Assembly (NCBI GenBank): GCA_964035545.1
Contig: OZ037766.1
Coordinates: 10,096,722 to 10,160,721 of the forward strand
From: Bugula neritina
Lineage: Eukaryota; Animalia; Bryozoa
Direction: 5' to 3'
Length of the DNA: 64,000 nucleotides
The position numbers were made by a program, and so were the translations under genes. Each line of letters begins with the position of its first letter. Within the stretch, counting starts at the first letter, position 1. Below are positions 50,701 to 64,000 of the stretch, in pieces. The notes under the pieces were generated by a model that worked only from the letters and a program-made list of their open reading frames with translations, searched no databases and was not told the DNA's origin.

Positions 50701-53657
50701 GATGGGAAAAGTCTTAATAGACCCTTTTCAGAGGTCCCGGAAGATCCCCCCTTACAATTAAGAGTTGTGGTCTCTCCAAATGAAAATTGTTGAAGAAAGT
50801 AAACTTGAATGCATGTTTGTGGATTTGGTTGCTGAGCAATGCTGAAGTGCCACTTCAGCATTGCTCAGTACCCAAAAGCCACAAAAATGCTTTCAAGTTT
50901 ATTTTCTTTAAAACTTTTCATGAAGAGATTTTTAAAATTCTTTACGAACTGCCAATATGTGTGCTCATACCAAAATATCTATCTCCTAAAAGAACAATTC
51001 TATAGCATAATTAGAATTTTAAGTAACAGCCAAACTTTAAATTTTTAATGAGTTTGCTCTTTATACAAAGGTTCAACCTATTCACTTTGGGAGGACACAA
51101 CTCTGAATTGTGAAGGGGATATCGGGGAGGGGGGGGGAACTTTTGAAAAGGGTCTATAGACAACTAATGTGATAATTTGCTTATGTTTTACCTTCACTTA
51201 CTATTCTAAAAAATAAATCTAATTTTATTGAAGAAACGCAAATATATTTTTTAGAAATAATACTATTCAGAATAAGCTATCTATCATTACATTTAATGAA
51301 TGATCTGAAAAGAACGAGAGGCACTTATTTAAAGGGTTGTCTTCCCAAACTGGTTTCTATTTTCAGAAATTGATTCCCTGTACATACCTTAATAAATATA
51401 AGTGGGAGTGTCTGTTTGGCCTTGCTGTAATGTCTTGCTACCTTGTATACAGTCTCTGGTATAAACTCAAGGACTAAATTTAAATACACCTCATCTTTCT
51501 GAAAACAAATTGTACAATCAGTAAAGCATATTATAAACAGAAATTTCAATGGCAAATAATTTATTTCGAACAGCTAGAAGGTATAAAAACTCACCTTTTC
51601 ACCACTAGAATAAAAGAAATACCTCAACTTGACAATGTTAATATGCTCTAACTTTCTCATTATTTGCAGCTCCCTGTTCTGTAACAAAAATGCATTCCAT
51701 AATAAAATTGATACTTCATACTAAATTAATTTGATAAACTAATATATTGCACTATAAGATAAGCTATACATTCTACAGAAGGTTGTGACAGGTAACATCA
51801 AGTTTGTAGGGAAAAGTACTCATAACCATCAAGTAAAACAGGTTTTTAAAAATGACTCTTAAATGTTACAAACAAGTCTTGGCTTGAGATTTTAACATAA
51901 TTAATTTAATCATTTGCACACATCTAATTGTAGAATGCATTAATAATATAATTATTCTACCCATCGTTACTCTTAGCTGCCATATCTCATTGATTTGCTA
52001 CAATGTGCAACTACACTTGCTTGAGTATAATGCAATATCTGCAAATCAAAATCGTTTAAGCCCAAAGGAAATGGATATTAACCAATGCATGCTTGTGACC
52101 TTAAAAATGTGTTAATGTACATCTTTAGTACAGCTGACTAGATGCCAATTATAGACCAGCAAACTATCATATTTCATATGTTGGCAATTATTATCAGTGG
52201 ATGAAAGCAGAGATAGCAAACTATAGGCTATAGCACTTGGGTCTTGTACATGCATTTTTGTACTGTGATTTAATCATACAATATTTTAGACCTGGCAAAT
52301 TTATGCCATTTTATAATCAGCATTGCAAATTTTATTGCCAACTCCTAACAAAATATTTACATTGCAATATTTACTCATGCAAACTGCTAAGGAGTCTCAT
52401 GAGACACGTTCTCACCAGGCATACTATCACCATCTCACCACACATACACAATGTAGCGTTCAGATGTGAGAAGCGGTGCAATTGCATTGACTGAAAAAAC
52501 TGAAGGAAAGTTCTATGGGATAAATATGTATAACGAGTTACTCTATAGTCAATGTAGTAAATGCTATGGAGTACTAGCTTTCACGGCTTTTAGCAAAGCA
52601 ATCAATAAATATAATATATATAACAGAACAATACAGTAAAACAGCATGGAGTTCCCACAAGTTACAACTATACAACTAAGGCCATATAATATCTTGCCAT
52701 TATTTAGATATTTTTATGTCAGTCAGTCATTGTTTGCAACCTTAAAAAACTAAACTGTTAAGAAGACAACTCCAAGCCTGAGTCTGGACTACTATTAAGA
52801 TCAGATCACATCTCGCACAAAGAAGTAACTGCAGTTACCTATTCTACCGGTTTAATTAGGTTTCATCTATTTTTCAAATTATTGTTTAAAAGGAACTAGG
52901 AATAATGTTTTAAGATTTGGTAGAGCAAAACTACACTAAATAAAAACCCTTAGTTTGCAATCTAACATTGTATTTAGCTCTTATCTCCAATAAAGTGATA
53001 GTGAAACCTGAAATTTACTACAATATGATTAAATATTTGTGTTTTGCAATAACTGGTCACTATTAGTTAGTTAAAAGGATTTATTTAAGGATACTAATTT
53101 TAATAAAACTACAATATCAGTAAGTTTATTTACAATAGCTGTAACCTATATTAAACTATATTCAACTAATTTGTAAAATACTATTTTAGCACTCTAATAA
53201 TTAGATTACAAGATATGACAAGAAAATAAATGTTTCTATATTTATTTTCATTCAATCCAGTAGGTACTTTACACAATATATTGTCAATGCCAGATTTTAT
53301 AAATTATAGAATAATTGAGCAAAATATATAAAGAAATTCGTACTTTGAATCTTTTATCCTGCAAGACTTTTTTTATCGCTACAGTCTCCGACGTCTCGCA
53401 CAGCTTAGCCTGGTAAACCACCCCAAAGCTGCCATTACCTATAACTTTAACATCTGTGTAAGAAATGTCTTCAGGCTTGTCAGGTCCCTGTCCAGGTGTA
53501 GCAACAACTGTTGTCACTTTACTTCCATCACGTGCTAAAGCAGAACAAGATTAGCAAGCATGTTTATCATACTCTCATTTAAACTAAAATGATGTGTATG
53601 GCCATGGTGAAAACAGATTATATTTTGTAAAAATAATGCCTTACCAGCGGATGCCAT
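47733..53657 (-). CDS. GSK3B: Glycogen synthase kinase-3 (GSK3/shaggy), ~381 aa
   Basis: Exons 53657-53645, 53534-53344, 51678-51595, 51498-51388, 49994-49864, 49358-49252, 49108-48915, 48416-48230, 47860-47733 (1146 nt). [51 protein letters not shown]. The first coding exon is the least certain. Confidence 0.97.
50717..51157. mobile_element. MITE (~440 bp) in a GSK3 intron
   Basis: Perfect 14-bp termini ATAGACCCTTTTCA / TGAAAAGGGTCTAT, with imperfect inverted homology for ~80 bp (gatccccccttacaattaagagttgtg vs cacaactctgaattgtgaaggggatatc). Superfamily not assignable. Confidence 0.85.
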
Positions 53658-54169
53658 CCCCTTGAGTGTTATGCTACATTGTGATTATTCTTCATATAAA
53701 AGACTTCTAAAATCAAGAAAAAATCGTATATAAAAATACAGAAGATTACTCATATATTGCGTAAACATATGTATAGTATATTGCAAAACAACCTAAGTTT
53801 ATTGACTATGGTTTTTATTTAGCAAATTAAAGCCAACCAACAATATACTGCAGTGAAAACTGTCATAACTCAAACATAGTTGCGTTAATTTACTACGAGC
53901 AGCAGACCTAGTGGTTTATAACATAATTATTTTGGCAGTCTTTTGCAATTTCATAAGTTGCTATTGCAAGTGTTGAGTGTTGTTTTTCTTGCAAGATTTC
54001 CATAATCAGCTGTGCCTTCGTTTGAAAGATTGGAGGCCAAGCTAGGAGCATGCCTCAGACCTAACAGCCCAGTGCATTTTACTTTTAGTGTTTAGTTCTA
54101 CTTGCAGTTACTTTATAAAACTAAAACTGTATAGAACTTCGTTTCCGGTATTTATTAATTTAAAAACAA

Positions 54170-54725
54170 ATTACAACTACAAGTCAGTATTATTAATATT
54201 ATTATGAATCTCTAATTTTATAAAATAATGAATTACTACCAATATTACTTATTACTAAGTCTAGTACTTATACTAAAACTGTAACTCTAGCTCTAGGTAA
54301 CACTAAAACTAAAAGTATTATAAGTAATTAGTAAAGGCATGTACTTGTAGTATTTAAGTAGTACTACTACTAGTACTAAATCAAGTTGAGTAGTTGTACT
54401 AATACTAAATTTAATAGTATACTCATATAGTAATACTAATAGTAATATAGTAAATGACTAAATCATTAAATCAAAAATGTAATACTTATACTTATAGTTA
54501 TACTAATACTAATAGTAATAGTAAAACTAAATGTAATGCTAGTAGTAAAACTAATACTTATAGCTATACTAATACTAATACAATAGTAATACTAATACTA
54601 GTACCAGTAGTAGTAATAGTAATACTAATAGTAATAGTAATACTAATACTAATAGTAATAGCATTACATTTACTACTACTACTACTACTACTACTAGTAC
54701 TACAGTACTAGTACTAGTAATGGTA
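54170..54725. repeat. 6-bp periodic low-complexity tract at the 5' end of GSK3
   Basis: acttat acttat agttat actaat actaat agtaat agtaaa actaaa; agtaat actaat actagt; (act)n. Confidence 0.9.
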
Positions 54726-56048
54726 CAATAAAAAAAGAAAGGGTAAATAAGTAATCAGTTCTAAATACTAAAATAACCAATACCATTTAACTTCAAAACA
54801 CTATTCATTATGATTATTGGCTACGTAGGAGCTTCATTAAAAATGGAAAGATTTGTATAAACTCTAACTTGTCTAATCACAATGATCGCTTCAAGAAAAA
54901 TACTACAGCCTCTGTAAACTATCGGGAGCTGACAGGAAACCAAGTGTTTGGTTTCGAATAGAAGTAAATACCACGGGTGTATAACGACTATACAAGTTAG
55001 TGGTGCGCGTTATATAATATAATATTATAAACTAGAAATATTTTATGACATGTTCTCTTTAAATCAATCATTGAAAATTTGTAAACAGCAAGTGAATTTT
55101 CTTTGTAACTTTTAGCAACCGAATAACGCTAATTGAGGAAAACTATACATAATATCATGCTAATTTTATTACATATGGCACAAGACAAAGCTAACAGCTG
55201 GGAAAATACAAATTTTGGAATGGAACATCACTGCTCATATCCCTGTTTCTTTTCAAATTTATTTGAAAAAATGACTGGCGTTAACGGCATGGCATCTACT
55301 TTATATAATGAATATTACCTTATACTTATAAAATAGACTACCATTTAGTTTAGAATCAACAACTTTCTTTAAGCTAGCAACACAGATTGACCTATAAAGG
55401 TGCACAACAAAGCTTTATGTAATGTCAAAATTCAACAGCACAATGCAGATGTATAACAATTGTATAATAAAATAAACAAATAGCCACAAAATATATGTAC
55501 TCATTACTTATTATCTTGTTTAAAGTCTACTGTGAAAATATAAAGTTGAAAATATAATGCCATAATAATCATTGTCATTTAGCATATGATAACATATTTT
55601 ATTCTCGAGCTTTAAACTTTACATTGTGGTTAGATATTTTACAATCAATAAAGAAAGTAAAAATTTTGCCACCTACAAAACTAGCATATCCTTGCTATAA
55701 TTTAAACAAGGTACCAAATAAAAAATATTATTTTGTTTTCTTTGCATAAAAATATTGTTTTAGATAAATAATATAAATAAAACTAAATAAACAACGTGGA
55801 AGATTGACAAAAGTGATATGTAACTTCAATATTAGATGAATTAAAGTACCAGCATTGATTTAAAAAACAAAAATATCCACCTAAATTGCTATCAACTCTT
55901 ACTGACCAACAAATGTAAAGTAGTGCACATTATATTTTGAAAGCTCGGAGTAAATTTAAATGATTAATGGAAAGACATTGGGGACTCCCACCATAACTTG
56001 GGGCAGTTTAGGAGTATTTAGCCAGATGGTTATAGACACCAAACAGAA

Positions 56049-59000
56049 TCAGCTGTCAACATTTATTCCCAGGATTTGACACAACCTGTCCCTGCATAGA
56101 TCTGTAGCTTGCATGCATTCCTTGCTCACACTGTTGAAATTGAGAAAACCGTGTGGAACTTTATCAACAGCATCAAGATGTACAGAAACTCCAAGAGAGT
56201 GCAACTTCTTAGCAAACATGATAGAGTCATCAAGGCAAGGGTCAAGATGGCATGCCTGTAACATTATATATACATAATATATTATCATAACTAAACAAAC
56301 AGCAAACTGCAGGCTGGCAGAACTGTTTGAAAACCTGTAACTGATCTTAGTGCTTGGTCATTAGTTTCCACCTCTTCATCAAAATCATATTAATAATGCT
56401 GATAAGACCTCAGAAGTTCCAACTTTTCAAACTTAATTTTTTAGTAAACAATTTTGTGTTTGTGTTTGTCCAGCAGCCCAATACTATAAAAAGCAAGAGA
56501 CTGTAAATTCCTAAAGCTAATAGTTCTGTTTTACTTGACACCTTTAGTAGAAGCAGCAGTTCAACACAGGAAGTGCAAGATAGTAACAGTTCTAGACATC
56601 ATCAAGTTCAACTCTATAGAAGTTCAACATGGTTTAAAAGTTGGAAGTTGAAAGTGTTTTAACAACACATAAAACACATATATGCTTCCATAACTATAAA
56701 TACACATACAGTAATTTAAAATGAGCACACTTGCTCTGCCGTACTAAAATGAACATGAGAATACAACTTATAATAAAATGCAGACAGATAAAAGCCCTGA
56801 CTTACCACCAAGCTAGTAGGAGGCATTTGGGATAGCAACTCATCGCTGGCATGCAGAGGTGACAGCAAAGGGTCTTGCTTGATCCTTATTTTAGCGAACT
56901 TATATAGAGGACTTTGAGCAAAATGGCGTGTTGTATCGTGTCTCACAGAATCAAAGGGTGGCACTTTGGGCGCTATTGGCAGGGATTCACTCCTGTTATG
57001 ACTCTTCACCGATCTTCTATGAGAATTCTTTCTAGTTTTGCTTCCATTTGCAGAAGCAACTGCTGTATCAGCAATTTGTAACTTATCTGCTACCATATCA
57101 ACTACCTCATCTGGTGAAGACTTCTCTGATTCATTGCAGAAATATGACTGTATTTCCTCATCGTCATCCTCTTGCAAGATGATAGATGGAGCCACATCTT
57201 TAGTTTCATGGAAAACATGGGTAGCTGAGCTCTCTAACTGCACCCTAAAACATGGGATCTTGTTCTTTATTGATTACAATACAGGCTGCGAGTAAAATAC
57301 TATACTTTGATTTGTGTATCAAGTCTAGAATTTGAATCCAATAGAACTGCTTTACACTCTAGCCTACATGAATTTGACCTATGAACATACAACTGGTAAT
57401 CCGCCACAAGTCAATCCTCATTTTTTTTATTTGATTATATGGATATTGCATAATTTGTATTCAGTGCAATAACTAATGTGAGAACAGCATAGAGAAATAT
57501 ACAAGAACATATTAAAAATAATAAAATAATATGTTGTAATATTATATAAAAAGCTTCAAGTTTGAATTTTTGCCTGCAAGCAGCAATAATAGAATGACAA
57601 TAAGCCAATAACCTTGCGAATTCACTTACTTATTATGAGTATTAGAACTTATATGTCTCTGTGTATTGGCTTCAGCCTCACCCACATCGTCTTTACAACC
57701 TTTCCAAGGCTCAATAAGATCGCCTGCATAAGCTACAAATATGTTCAGATAAAATATATAACTTACTACAACAAAATGTACAAACTAAAAATGTAATTCA
57801 ATTTGATTTACTGGTTTTTAGACCTAGAGCTAAAGTATAAGCATGTTGAGAGATGCAAGTAGATGTGCAGTACTTGGAGTAAAGACCCACCACTACTACT
57901 GGTTACTACTATTGGTCACTGCTACTGGTCACTACTATTGGTCACTACTACTGGTCACTACTACTGGTTACTGCTACTGGTCACTACTACTGATCATTAT
58001 CAAATATTTTCTCTGCCACTTTTTCAATAATGCCGAATTGATATTAATACGAATAAAAAGATAAAAAAGCTGAAACTACTAAAATAACCAAGCCAGTTAG
58101 ATAACAGCCACAGCAACTTTTTGAAGAAATGATTCAGCATGTCGATTGATGAAATTAGAACAAAACAGTCTGCAAAGAAAGTCCCCATGTAGACAGTCAT
58201 TTGTATTTTCAATCAACTTGAAGCTGAAAACAGTGAAATAGTTGAGCTTAATAAATATTGCCAGTAGCAACAATAATATATTATTTTATGATATATTAAA
58301 GATAGGCAAACTACTAATACTATAACTAAAAAAATAATAATACAAGTTTAAACCTAAATGCAAGCACAACCAACCCTGCCTATTATTTTGCTAAGGCTTA
58401 AGGTAGTGTAGTGTAGTGCAGAAAAGGCTCTTGGAAAGTTTCCATTTTGTCTATTTTTGATACTAGTTTGGTAGAGAAGGGTTCACCTTCACACTTATAA
58501 GCAAGGACTCAAACACCCATTAAGGGTATGTTATTTTCTTCCCATATCAAAATTTACTTCAAGCAATATCACTAGATTAATTCATTTAGTTGTAGTTACA
58601 CCAGTATTGTGGCATTAGTATTATTTTTAGTAATATGGATACTGTCCATTAGCTGCATCATCAGGATATATAAAACATACAAAAACATACTGCAAACAAT
58701 TTGGGCAAAGTTATCTACCAACTTTTGAACATTTGTAGCATTTGTAATAGAATACAACAAAATATTAAAGTTCTTTGCCAGTTGACAAGAACCTTTTTGC
58801 CAACAATTCAATAGAGCCAGCCAAAAAATACAAATTACCTTCCAGACAGGTGGTGAGAATGCCTACAGGAAGAAGAGGGTCCATAATGCTGAGAGTTCGA
58901 GACGGGGAGGGTATATACTGAACATAGACTGGGGTGTATATTGCCAGGAGTCCATTTGGTAGCTTAACATCATCCTGAATCGCCTTAAGCATCGTTGAAA

Positions 59001-62000
59001 TCAGCAGGTTACCACCAGCGCTGTCCCCCACAACAGCAATCTTCTTAGCGGTAGTTCCTAAAAATAGACATGAAATTTTAGGAGACGACACAGCATATAA
59101 TGAGAGAAGGGGGTTTGACATCATTGGACGAGCACTAGCTGACCATGGAAGGAATATAATGACTGTAATGTGTATGACAAAATAGGCTTTTATAGAAGAG
59201 GAGTTTCATGAAATAAAAGAACGATAAACGAAAGGAAAATAACATTTGACAAATTTAATGATGTGTTGTGCAAAAACTGTAACAAAACAAACAGGTATGA
59301 ACAGGAAAATGAGAGAAACTGGCAGTGCACCACCACTGCTGCAAAAGAACTCAAGAGAAACTAGATCAAGCCTGAGGAAAAACTGAATAAAAGGTGTGAT
59401 AAGGAATCAACAAAAATAAGGCTAGAAAGAAAGTATAGAATCTAAACCAAAGAACTAAAGTAAAATATGACCTCTGTAAACTAGAAAGCAAAGAAATGAA
59501 CAAAACAAGTAGGTCAGAATAACTAAAACAGAATGTTTATGAACAACCAGATTTGCTTTCATTAACATTTACAAGAAATTGGGAATATGGAACTTAAAGA
59601 GGCACCAGCCAAAATATAATTTAAAAGTTTCTGGCAAGGAATATGGAGTTAAACAACTAGGCACAAGGATTGCGTTAGCTACTCAAGAGCAGGCAATTTC
59701 TACTACATGACAATAATGAAAAAACTAGGCAGCAAAAATTCTGGGATGTAAAAACAAGAGATAAAACTATGGTCCATATATCCGGTAAATAAGAAAAGCT
59801 AGCCCAGGTGGCTCTAACAATTCACTGGGAGTTCGGAGAAGAAAGAAATGGTTTGATAAATGAGTCAAATAAGTAATTGTATGTGACAGCAAAATGTCTC
59901 ATGAGATTTCAACATGAACTGATAGTTTGGTGTGTTAGTTGGTAGTTAATTCAGAAACCATTGCAGCTGCCTCTGGGTAAAAGGGACCGCAGTGGAGAAG
60001 GTAGAAAACACTAGAATGGGCCCATAGCTGGGGAAATCTCAGCAAGTCATACCCACAGTAATTAAATCTGTCAGGATACACACAGGACTGCAGACTGGAA
60101 GAAGCTACTTGGAATATAACTATAAAATCACCCTATCATCTCCCAGACAGCTCCTTCTAGTATCAAATAGCATACTGAGAAAAGCCCAGACCTATGTTAA
60201 TGGCAAGGAGACTACATCAGCTGTGACACTAGTGACATTCCTAATAACAATAATAACACAGTGGTAAAAATAATGGTCAATAACAACAAATATAATTTAG
60301 GTTGTATACTTTTACAATATATACGTATATAATATATATTATGAATTACCAAAATAGTGAAGAAATAGTTTTACAGTCATTGATTTTGCAAAAAATAGAC
60401 TTTGTAACTAGTTATCATTCGAGTTCCTGCTGATATGCATTAGCCAATGGTCAGCTTGTACAAGTAGTTGTAATAAATTGATTTCACTTTTTGTGCCAAA
60501 ACATTTTTGGCACTAAAAGAAATTGATTGGAATATTGCCAAAACTAACATAGTTTTCCAGCCTTGAGCTCTGAGAGTCATAATAACTATAATATTCTTTT
60601 ACGGAGCCAACCACTAGAAAATAAAATCCTTTTAATTCTCCCAAAAGTGCTTAAATCAAATTTGAAGGCCAACGCAATATATACAGCATTGTTACACTAT
60701 ATCAAAAGTTACATTTTATAAAGCTTTCAGATAAATTAGGATTATCACCAATGTTTTTTGACAATATTATTAAAAATTACTAAATTATGAAAATTTGATT
60801 TTTGTTATTGTAAAAAAACTCTCACTTTTAAAAGAATGTTTATGAGAACACTGAAAAAGACAGATTTACTTAAATATGGTTGATGACTCAGGTGTATGTT
60901 CACTTTTCTATGTGTATTTCAAACTTTAAAATAGTGCTTAGTCAATCTGATACAAGGTGAGTTTTATTTTCACTGTTCCGCATTGAAACCATTTAGCACA
61001 AGATTATATTCTATGTAGCGCATGATTATATCCTATGTAGCACAATATTTTATCTGTAATACCATACAGGGAGATGAGCATCGATTGCAGGATGTTAACA
61101 TACTATTGAATATCTAGCATAGGGAGCAGCCAAGGTCCATGGGTTAGAAGTTTTGGCTTACAAACACGAAGTCATGGGTTCAAACCCCAGTAAAGGTCAT
61201 TTGTGATGTTAGGAAGAGCATCCAGTCGTCATTGCTCCAGTGCCATATAGATGAATAAGTTCTTAGTCCGCTTTAAAAAATCCTTTCCATCAAGGGCTTC
61301 TAACAAGGATGGTGACTATAAACTTGCGTGAGTTAATTGTATACCTAGCATGTGACAGTTGGTAAGAGCCCAGCAATATGCATAGTACACTTCTTCCAGT
61401 CCTCTAGGAAAAGGAGCAGCAGGAGCTAGTGAGTAGTCTATGCACAGTATTGGTACATTGATGTATTGGGCCCACAACCTCAGATAAGCCTACAAACAAT
61501 ATTTAAATGTACGTCACTTATCTGCATGATGATGATAATGACCAACCCTGTTGGCTATGACAACATGTTTGACTTCAAATTATAAAATATTGCAATAAAA
61601 ACTACACATTCAGTATGTAAACCTAATCACAAGTAAAAACCCTGTGATTAAATCCAAGCAACCCACCTCATGTGTTTTAGATGTTTGCGAGACAAAACCA
61701 CCGCCATGGCATTGTATTATAAGAAAGTCGGAGGGTGGCTCGGCTATAACAGATGGAGTCGGGAAGTTGGGAAGTTTTTCCTTAACAAAAGCAACATAAT
61801 TCATAATGGTGTTGTTCATTTATGCAGGTAAGTTAAGTACACAAAATAAAAACATCTAATTTCTCTTTTATTTTATTAGCTGTTTCAAACATAAATAGGT
61901 CAACAAAATGCAATACCATCAGCTAAATACTACATATCATGTAGAGTTTTATAGAAAATACACTAATTCATTAACTATATATTGATTGCTATAGTTGGTA

Positions 62001-63989
62001 CATTTACTGTGCACAACAGCTTAATCATTAATAAATTAATTTATAATTGTTTTAGTATTATAATTGTGCATTGTATTATTTTTGTTCAACTTCAACCAGC
62101 TTTTCTATTCTAAAGTCACTCAGTGGTGTAGGCAACCTATAGATTACAAGATTACAGACACAATAATCAATCCTCACACGTTTAATAACCTCTGTATAAT
62201 ATTAGCAACACAATCGTCTCACAAAGACACAGAGTTCATTACCATTTACTGCTGGCTAGAAGAGAAGTTGAACTGCAACTCACTTGGCCTAATCTGTAAC
62301 GATAGGATATGAGACGCAGTTGCAGTGACTGGTGACCAATATGTGCTGTGGGTGGTTTCAGTGTAACCTTACCACCTGCCTTTGTGCTCACAGTTAGATC
62401 TTTCGGATTAATATCAAACACATGGTTGATCACACAGTGCGGAAGTGAGAAGGTCGCAATACTCTACAAAGCAGAATTCTACCAGAAATGTTTCATATCT
62501 TACAACTGTTTTTTGCTGGTCCAAAATAAATGAAAGAAACTGAAGTGCTCTGGTATGGGCAGATTCATTGAGAACCCGGTGCAATATTACGAGTGAGCTC
62601 ATGAATGTAACATTTTATACATTATTTGCTACAGAAAATAAAGATCATTAGTAAGAATAAATCTCTGTTAATGACAAAAAATCCACCAGAGTAACCTGAA
62701 ATCTATCATGCTGAGGTTGCTTATGCAATATTAGTTATACTGACTGAATTCAAGTGTGCGGTCAAATCATCAAGTTAAAGAAAAAGAATATAGCATTTAA
62801 GGAAGACAAAAGTGTACCAAAGCAAAGCAAAAATATGGTGCTCATGAAAACTTACGTGAAATAAATTGGATTCACTTAAATTCCAGAATGCCTTGCAAAA
62901 ATCTATGCTACAATTTAGGGTTACTTCTACTACCTAAAATAAAGCATCAACATCACATTCTTGTTATCACAAAATACAAAATATATAGTTATTTAAATGA
63001 AGTGTAAAACAGAATAAGTTAACCATGCAAACATCAACAAATGAAAACTAATTACATTGCAGAACTCATTAATTTGAACATGTATACCTTTTCAGCTCTG
63101 TGGTCAGGATTCAAAACATATTTTCTACTAGAGAAAATAGATTTGGCCAATTTCATCACAGCTGGAGTTTTATCTTGATAGTTGTGACTGTAGGATGCCA
63201 AACTAATGTGGACAATCTCGAACGCTCGTTTTAGTGATTCACAATACTACAATATGAAAAAAATGTATACAATGTTTTATACAACTAAATCACTCAGCCT
63301 TCAATAATTTTACGTAAACACAGTGTTACAACTTTGAGAGTTACCTGAAAACCAAGTGAATGACCATAAAAGCATTCTTGGTCAATCATGTCCATTTCCA
63401 TTTGAATCTTATCAGCTACAGCCGAATCCAACAAAGTCTCAGATGGCATGAGTTGACCTAAAGGGCTGTAGTCCATTAACTTTCGAGTGTAGCGCAATAC
63501 ATCTCGGAGTTGACCGAGTGTCATTGTATAGCTATCAAGCTGCTTTACGTAATGTGACAGGCGAAAATTATAGGAATTCTTGTTGACAGAGATATATCGC
63601 ACCAATGCCATTAAATGGGTCAAACAACTTTGAACAACTCTAACTAAACTCCGATAGCCATTTGCCTGACAGTCTCTGAAATCATAATGTGGAGCCAAAT
63701 CTAATAATTCAAAGATGGAACCCTCCATATTTTCCAAGTGATCATAAAGATGACAGAATGTTGAGTAAATTTGATATCCGGTAGACGATTGATGCCATTC
63801 ACTGTCCTCATCACACTTTTCTTGAACAACATAACTTTCGACATAGCAAAGTGCTTCTTGGCGTAGTGCTTTAAAAATTTCTGCCAGTGATCTTCGGTAG
63901 TTATTCTCATGAATACCATCTTCACTCGTAAGAGAATGAGTGGTCTGATGATATTCACTGTTAGAATGTGACCTCCTGAATGCCGTCAT
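56049..63989 (-). CDS. LIPE: Hormone-sensitive lipase
   Basis: Exons 63989-63345, 63246-63088, 62933-62856, 62463-62284, 61780-61667, 61489-61345, 59057-58839, 57732-57630, 57244-56806, 56255-56049 in phase. N-terminal HSL motif [27 protein letters not shown], catalytic GDSAGG, LDPCLDD and HGFL. Confidence 0.95.
57891..57994. repeat. 13-bp minisatellite x8 (CACTACTACTGGT)
   Basis: Eight near-identical tandem units in a LIPE intron. Confidence 0.92.
59080..60270 (+). mobile_element. Decayed, internally deleted R4-like (RLE-type) non-LTR retrotransposon fragment
   Basis: Purine-rich strand with relic peptides in family order: RLERKYRI (59419), NRMFMNNQ (59527), FWQGIW (59629), ATQEQAIST (59678), [12 protein letters not shown] (59796). 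Many stops and frameshifts. Assignment rests on remembered motifs, not a database search. Confidence 0.6.
61122..61322 (+). mobile_element. tRNA-derived SINE
   Basis: A-box-like AGGTCCATGGGTTAG, B-box GGTTCAAACC (61177-61186), then body gatgttaggaagagcatccagtcg. Second copy at 30941-31119. Confidence 0.8.
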
Positions 63990-64000
63990 TGTGTAGAAAC

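Noticed and set aside
50720-50737. GACCCTTTTCAGAGGTC histone-stem-loop-like sequence
   Set aside because: It is the MITE terminus, has a bulged stem and is antisense in an intron. Noted as a caution that TIRs can mimic the motif.
57891-57994. Regular repeat considered as CRISPR-like
   Set aside because: No spacers; eukaryotic intronic minisatellite.
61122-61195. Possible tRNA gene
   Set aside because: Acceptor stem does not pair and homology with the second copy extends beyond the tRNA part, so it is a SINE.

Overview
AT-rich, intron-containing animal genomic DNA, probably invertebrate (species not determinable from sequence alone). I reconstructed eight spliced protein-coding genes by hand: the 5' part of an unknown gene (-, runs off the left edge), an unknown 322-aa gene (-), PNRC-like (-), RNF38/RNF44-like RING-H2 E3 ligase (+), SLBP (-), CDC25 phosphatase (+), GSK3 (-) and hormone-sensitive lipase LIPE (-). 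Mobile DNA comprises a hAT-type MITE with an 8-bp TSD and a long-TIR element nested inside it, two further MITEs, two copies of a tRNA-derived SINE and a decayed R4-like non-LTR fragment, plus long (CA)n/(GT)n tracts. Four observations stand out. (1) An exact histone-type 3' stem-loop (GGCCCTTTTCAGGGCC) with a correctly spaced AAAGAG downstream element lies in the presumed 3'UTR of the non-histone PNRC gene, close to SLBP itself. (2) Heterogeneous 6-bp-periodic A(C/G)T-NNN tracts sit beside the CpG-containing promoter region of six genes and nowhere else. (3) The CDC25 promoter has a textbook CDE/CHR element. (4) GSK3 appears to lack the N-terminal Ser9 inhibitory motif. Exon coordinates were read manually and may be off by a few bases.
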